Shown here: positions 60,960-64,000 of the stretch, one piece after another
Layout: every line of letters starts with the position of its first letter
How positions within the stretch are numbered: the first letter of the stretch is position 1
Origin: Orbicella franksi
Taxonomy: Eukaryota
Assembly: GCA_964199315.1 (NCBI GenBank)
Contig: OZ116707.1
Location: 7,998,001-8,062,000, forward strand
Direction of reading: 5' to 3'
DNA: 64,000 nucleotides
Notes under the pieces: generated by a model
Databases searched by the model: none
Told to the model about the DNA's origin: nothing
Seen by the model: the letters and a program-made list of their open reading frames with translations, nothing else
Translations under genes and position numbers: made by a program

Positions 60960-63324
60960 CCTTGTAAGGTTTTAAACAAAAATTCTTGGAAACCCAACAA
61001 TAGTAAGCTAAAGCCATCTTTTGTTGTTCTAGATCTTGTACATCACCCAATACATAAACATTGTCTTTTGGCTGTCTCCCCAATGTTATGGCAGCCTTTA
61101 GTCTTTTCTGCTCTTCAGGAGGCTGCGAAAAGAACTCCTCGGTTGCAGACATCAGAAAATGGCACAACTGGGAATCACTCACGCTCTCCCAAAGGAGACA
61201 CTGCCAACAGAGGCAAATGTCCGGTTGATGGCACTTTTAAACACTTTGGCATACGCCATTTCTGAGCACGTGACAAAACAGGGCCTATAATATGAAAAAA
61301 ATAAATTATTAATGATTTATATCACAGAATACTTGAATATCAATATTTAATGTGCAACAAAAAATAAACCTATTTCATACAAGCTTATCATTTATCAGTA
61401 AGTTTATAGTATGAAGTAAGCAAGCTTATAAACACCTTAAAGTAGACCATTAAAATATTTCAATTGAACTTATATCAAACTGTTACATTAAGAACTATTA
61501 CAATTTAGTCGTGTGAAACAGTAAAACTAAGGAAACATGCATTTAGACTGCTACACACGTATGAAAGTATGCAAGTATGATGAGACAAGAAATTAACCAC
61601 ACTTAAGTGAGTTCCTGCTATAAAAATCCATTAGAAGTTGATTTTTCGTCCGCTAACGGAATAGTTGTTCATCGCCCTCACTACTTTTTTCTTTTGGCCG
61701 TCAAAGCTCTTTCCCTATTCTTTCACGTACTCTAAAAGGTGTTTATAGTTTGCTACAGGATAGCCTTATTTCATAGTCAGGAAACGTCATTGACTTCATT
61801 CCTAGGATGCCTTTCCCTTTGTATAAATGGCGACAATTGCCGTCACTTTTTTACAAAATTCGCACAAAAATGACGTGACTTACGGGCCCGATTTGTACAT
61901 CATTTGATTTGTTACCTTTGTTCAGAAACGAAATGGTATTATACTGGCTTGCACATCAACTATGTCCAAAGTAATGGCCAATTTCCAGAAAAAAATCGGT
62001 TAAGTAATGATCCGCGTAAGAACTAGGTAAAAGAACAATAGACTAGTGCAATAGCGTCAGTTACGTTTCAGGCGCTAATCCCCATAATCAAATTAAATCT
62101 GAATGATCTGATTGGCCCAGGTGCAAAAAGCGCGAATTTTGAATTGAGAATTTGATTTAAGATCCCTTCTAAATCATTAAAATAAGATTTCATTTTGGCT
62201 ACGCATTAGATACATTGAAAATTGTAACATATCTTAAGTCTGGACAATTCCTATGCGCCAATACCGAGAAAATTAAACTGATATAGAATAACATCAGGAT
62301 CGGTTCCGTGAACCATCAATCAGCGACCTTGTTCAGGCCATTTTGCTCGAATTTCACTAAAGAACTGTCAGTTTGTGATCCAAAGCAGTAACTTTTTCAC
62401 GCGTGTTTGGGAGCCCGACAAAGACGTGCAAAGTAAATACCTGGCTGAAATTCGTGAACGTTCCGTGAATGTATTTCAAAACCAGTCTTCTAACACAGCA
62501 AAGTTTGATATAATGTCCACCACCTCAAAAATATTATAATAGTAATAATAATCGTTGTCCGCCATATCGCGAACCTAGAAGGAGTCCATCCTCGGGCCGT
62601 GGGATGGCCTTTGATGAATTAGTATTTCTTTCTTTACTCGACTGTTTCACTTTACGCACCTTTCGGACTATTCAGGTAACAGAGATGAGCGATAACATTG
62701 TACTGTTCGTTATGTGAAATGTTTATACCCCTCAGCAATCGATGTGATGATAAGCTTGGAACATCACTTGCAAGTTATTCTGAACCACCATGATAGAACA
62801 AACATCAACGAAAAAAATAATAGGGCTTCCGATGCTTCAAACTCTTGTGGTGAAACTGATCAGAAATTGCAAAATCGTAAAAATGTGGCACCTTCTGACT
62901 GGCTGATTGCAATCGTGTTTCTGCTCGCATCGTATGTCTGGGCATTATTTTTGGATCTGCAGAGAGCTTACTGCTGTTTCAATAGCGAAATCATTCAGGA
63001 GCCGGTTTTTATCCCGCCAAAAATGGAAAAGAGGCAAGTCAAGCTTTGTTAGCATTCTGACAAATTAGAAATTTCGAATCAGTGCCCCATCATATGTTCT
63101 GACTTGCTGGTTTGATTCCAGAAAGGGAGATTCACAGCCATGTGGAGATGGACCCTCGGAACCAAAGCGAAAGAAGTTAGATTCTAGTGTGAGTACTAGA
63201 TGAATTCATTGCTAAGCTTTCAGAAATAACTTTCTTAGTTAACTGAATTCAAACTTTTCTTTTCTTTGTGTAGAAAACGGAACTATGTAGGCTTTATGGA
63301 AAAAACAATCTGTCACCGAAGAAG

Positions 63325-63627
63325 ATGCTGGTCATACAGGGCCTCAAGCTGGGAAAAAACTTCGCCATGCTCTCGTCGGAGCTAAATGTTGCCGAGGCAA
63401 CCGCCAAGGTGTACGGCATCAATTGTCTTGCCGCTGAAGCCGATTTAGATCACGAGTCTGTGGCTAAATGCGTCAAAGTAAGCAAGGAGTCATTTGATGT
63501 TATCAAAAGTGAAATAATGGCAAACGAGGAGAAACTTCGCACCGTATGGGACAACCTTGGTCAGCTATTCTCCTATAATCAAATACGTTTTGTGTTAGCA
63601 TGCCTCATTCACGATTATGAACTATAG
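63325..63627 (+). CDS. Probable terminal exon encoding a RecQ/WRN-type C-terminal helix-turn-helix (HTH_40-like) domain
   Basis: G...A.L..ELNVAEATA..Y...C ... IKSEI....KLRTVWDNL...FSYNQIRFVLA resembles the WRN/YpbB C-terminal pattern (G.s..eIA..R.L..sTI..HL ... LkpIke.l...sY.eIrlvla). Confidence 0.55.
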   Translation: MLVIQGLKLGKNFAMLSSELNVAEATAKVYGINCLAAEADLDHESVAKCVKVSKESFDVIKSEIMANEEKLRTVWDNLGQLFSYNQIRFVLACLIHDYEL

Positions 63628-64000
63628 TTGTAATCACCTTTTTGCAGCAAAGACAGCAGGCAAATCAGGCAACTGTTGTAGTTTTTATTTTGGTATAAGA
63701 CGGCGAGCAATCTATGCAACCGTTATAGCCTCCAAAATAAATTGTTTGTGAGCCTCTCTAGCCTCTTTTCTTATTTTTTCAGTTTGTATTTTTGCATGTT
63801 TTTCAGAGTAAGAAAATAAATATTCTTTTTTGTGAGATCTGACAATTTCCTACAACTGTTTTCTTATGTGCTTTTGATTATCAACAATAACACACACTGC
63901 TAATTTTATCATACCGAACAAGGTATTACCCCTCGTATAAAATGTTACTTGCAGAAAATATTTCAGTTATTACTCAATATTATGCCAATGCCCAGTTTCC

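Larger units (their letters stand above)
52206..62570 (-). pseudogene. Unknown multi-exon gene, decayed, with the Gypsy element in one intron
   Basis: Coding-like minus-strand blocks at ~61180-61020 (KAAITLGRQPKDNVYVLGDVQ), ~55965-55670 (LDGQGMLIPDEEKEYIWM...IELPL...NFYQFICLLSGAVSAFHYEKVL), 55590-55345, 54690-54233, 53960-53690, 53520-53205 (coiled coil), and possibly 52490-52206 and 62560-61640. Several start after AG acceptors. Exon boundaries are only partly resolved. Confidence 0.45.

Overview
AT-rich eukaryotic genomic DNA with spliceosomal introns. It is probably cnidarian or coral; this is inferred from repeat types and gene style, not verified. The window consists almost entirely of nested mobile elements and their cargo: a Bel/Pao LTR element (210-9222, minus strand) with a hAT-like insertion; an intronless kinase pseudogene beside an orphan zinc-finger-like ORF; a 65-bp tandem array interrupted by a Tc1/pogo-type element carrying a HIRAN fragment; an Academ transposon; a decayed second Ulp1 gene; a RecQ helicase fragment; a spliced KDZ-type transposase pseudogene with an intact hAT element in one intron; a decayed unknown spliced gene interrupted by a Gypsy element; and a RecQ/WRN-type C-terminal HTH exon. 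The main discovery is not visible in the ORF track. Fourteen GT-AG exons on the minus strand (35021 to 19671) splice in phase into a ~1390-codon frame. It encodes a RAG1/Transib-like DDE transposase core with equivalents of all three catalytic acidic residues and the C2H2 zinc ligands, fused in frame to a C-terminal Ulp1/SENP (C48) SUMO-protease domain. Only one nonsense codon (33271-33273) interrupts it. All family assignments come from motif recognition by eye; no database searches were run.
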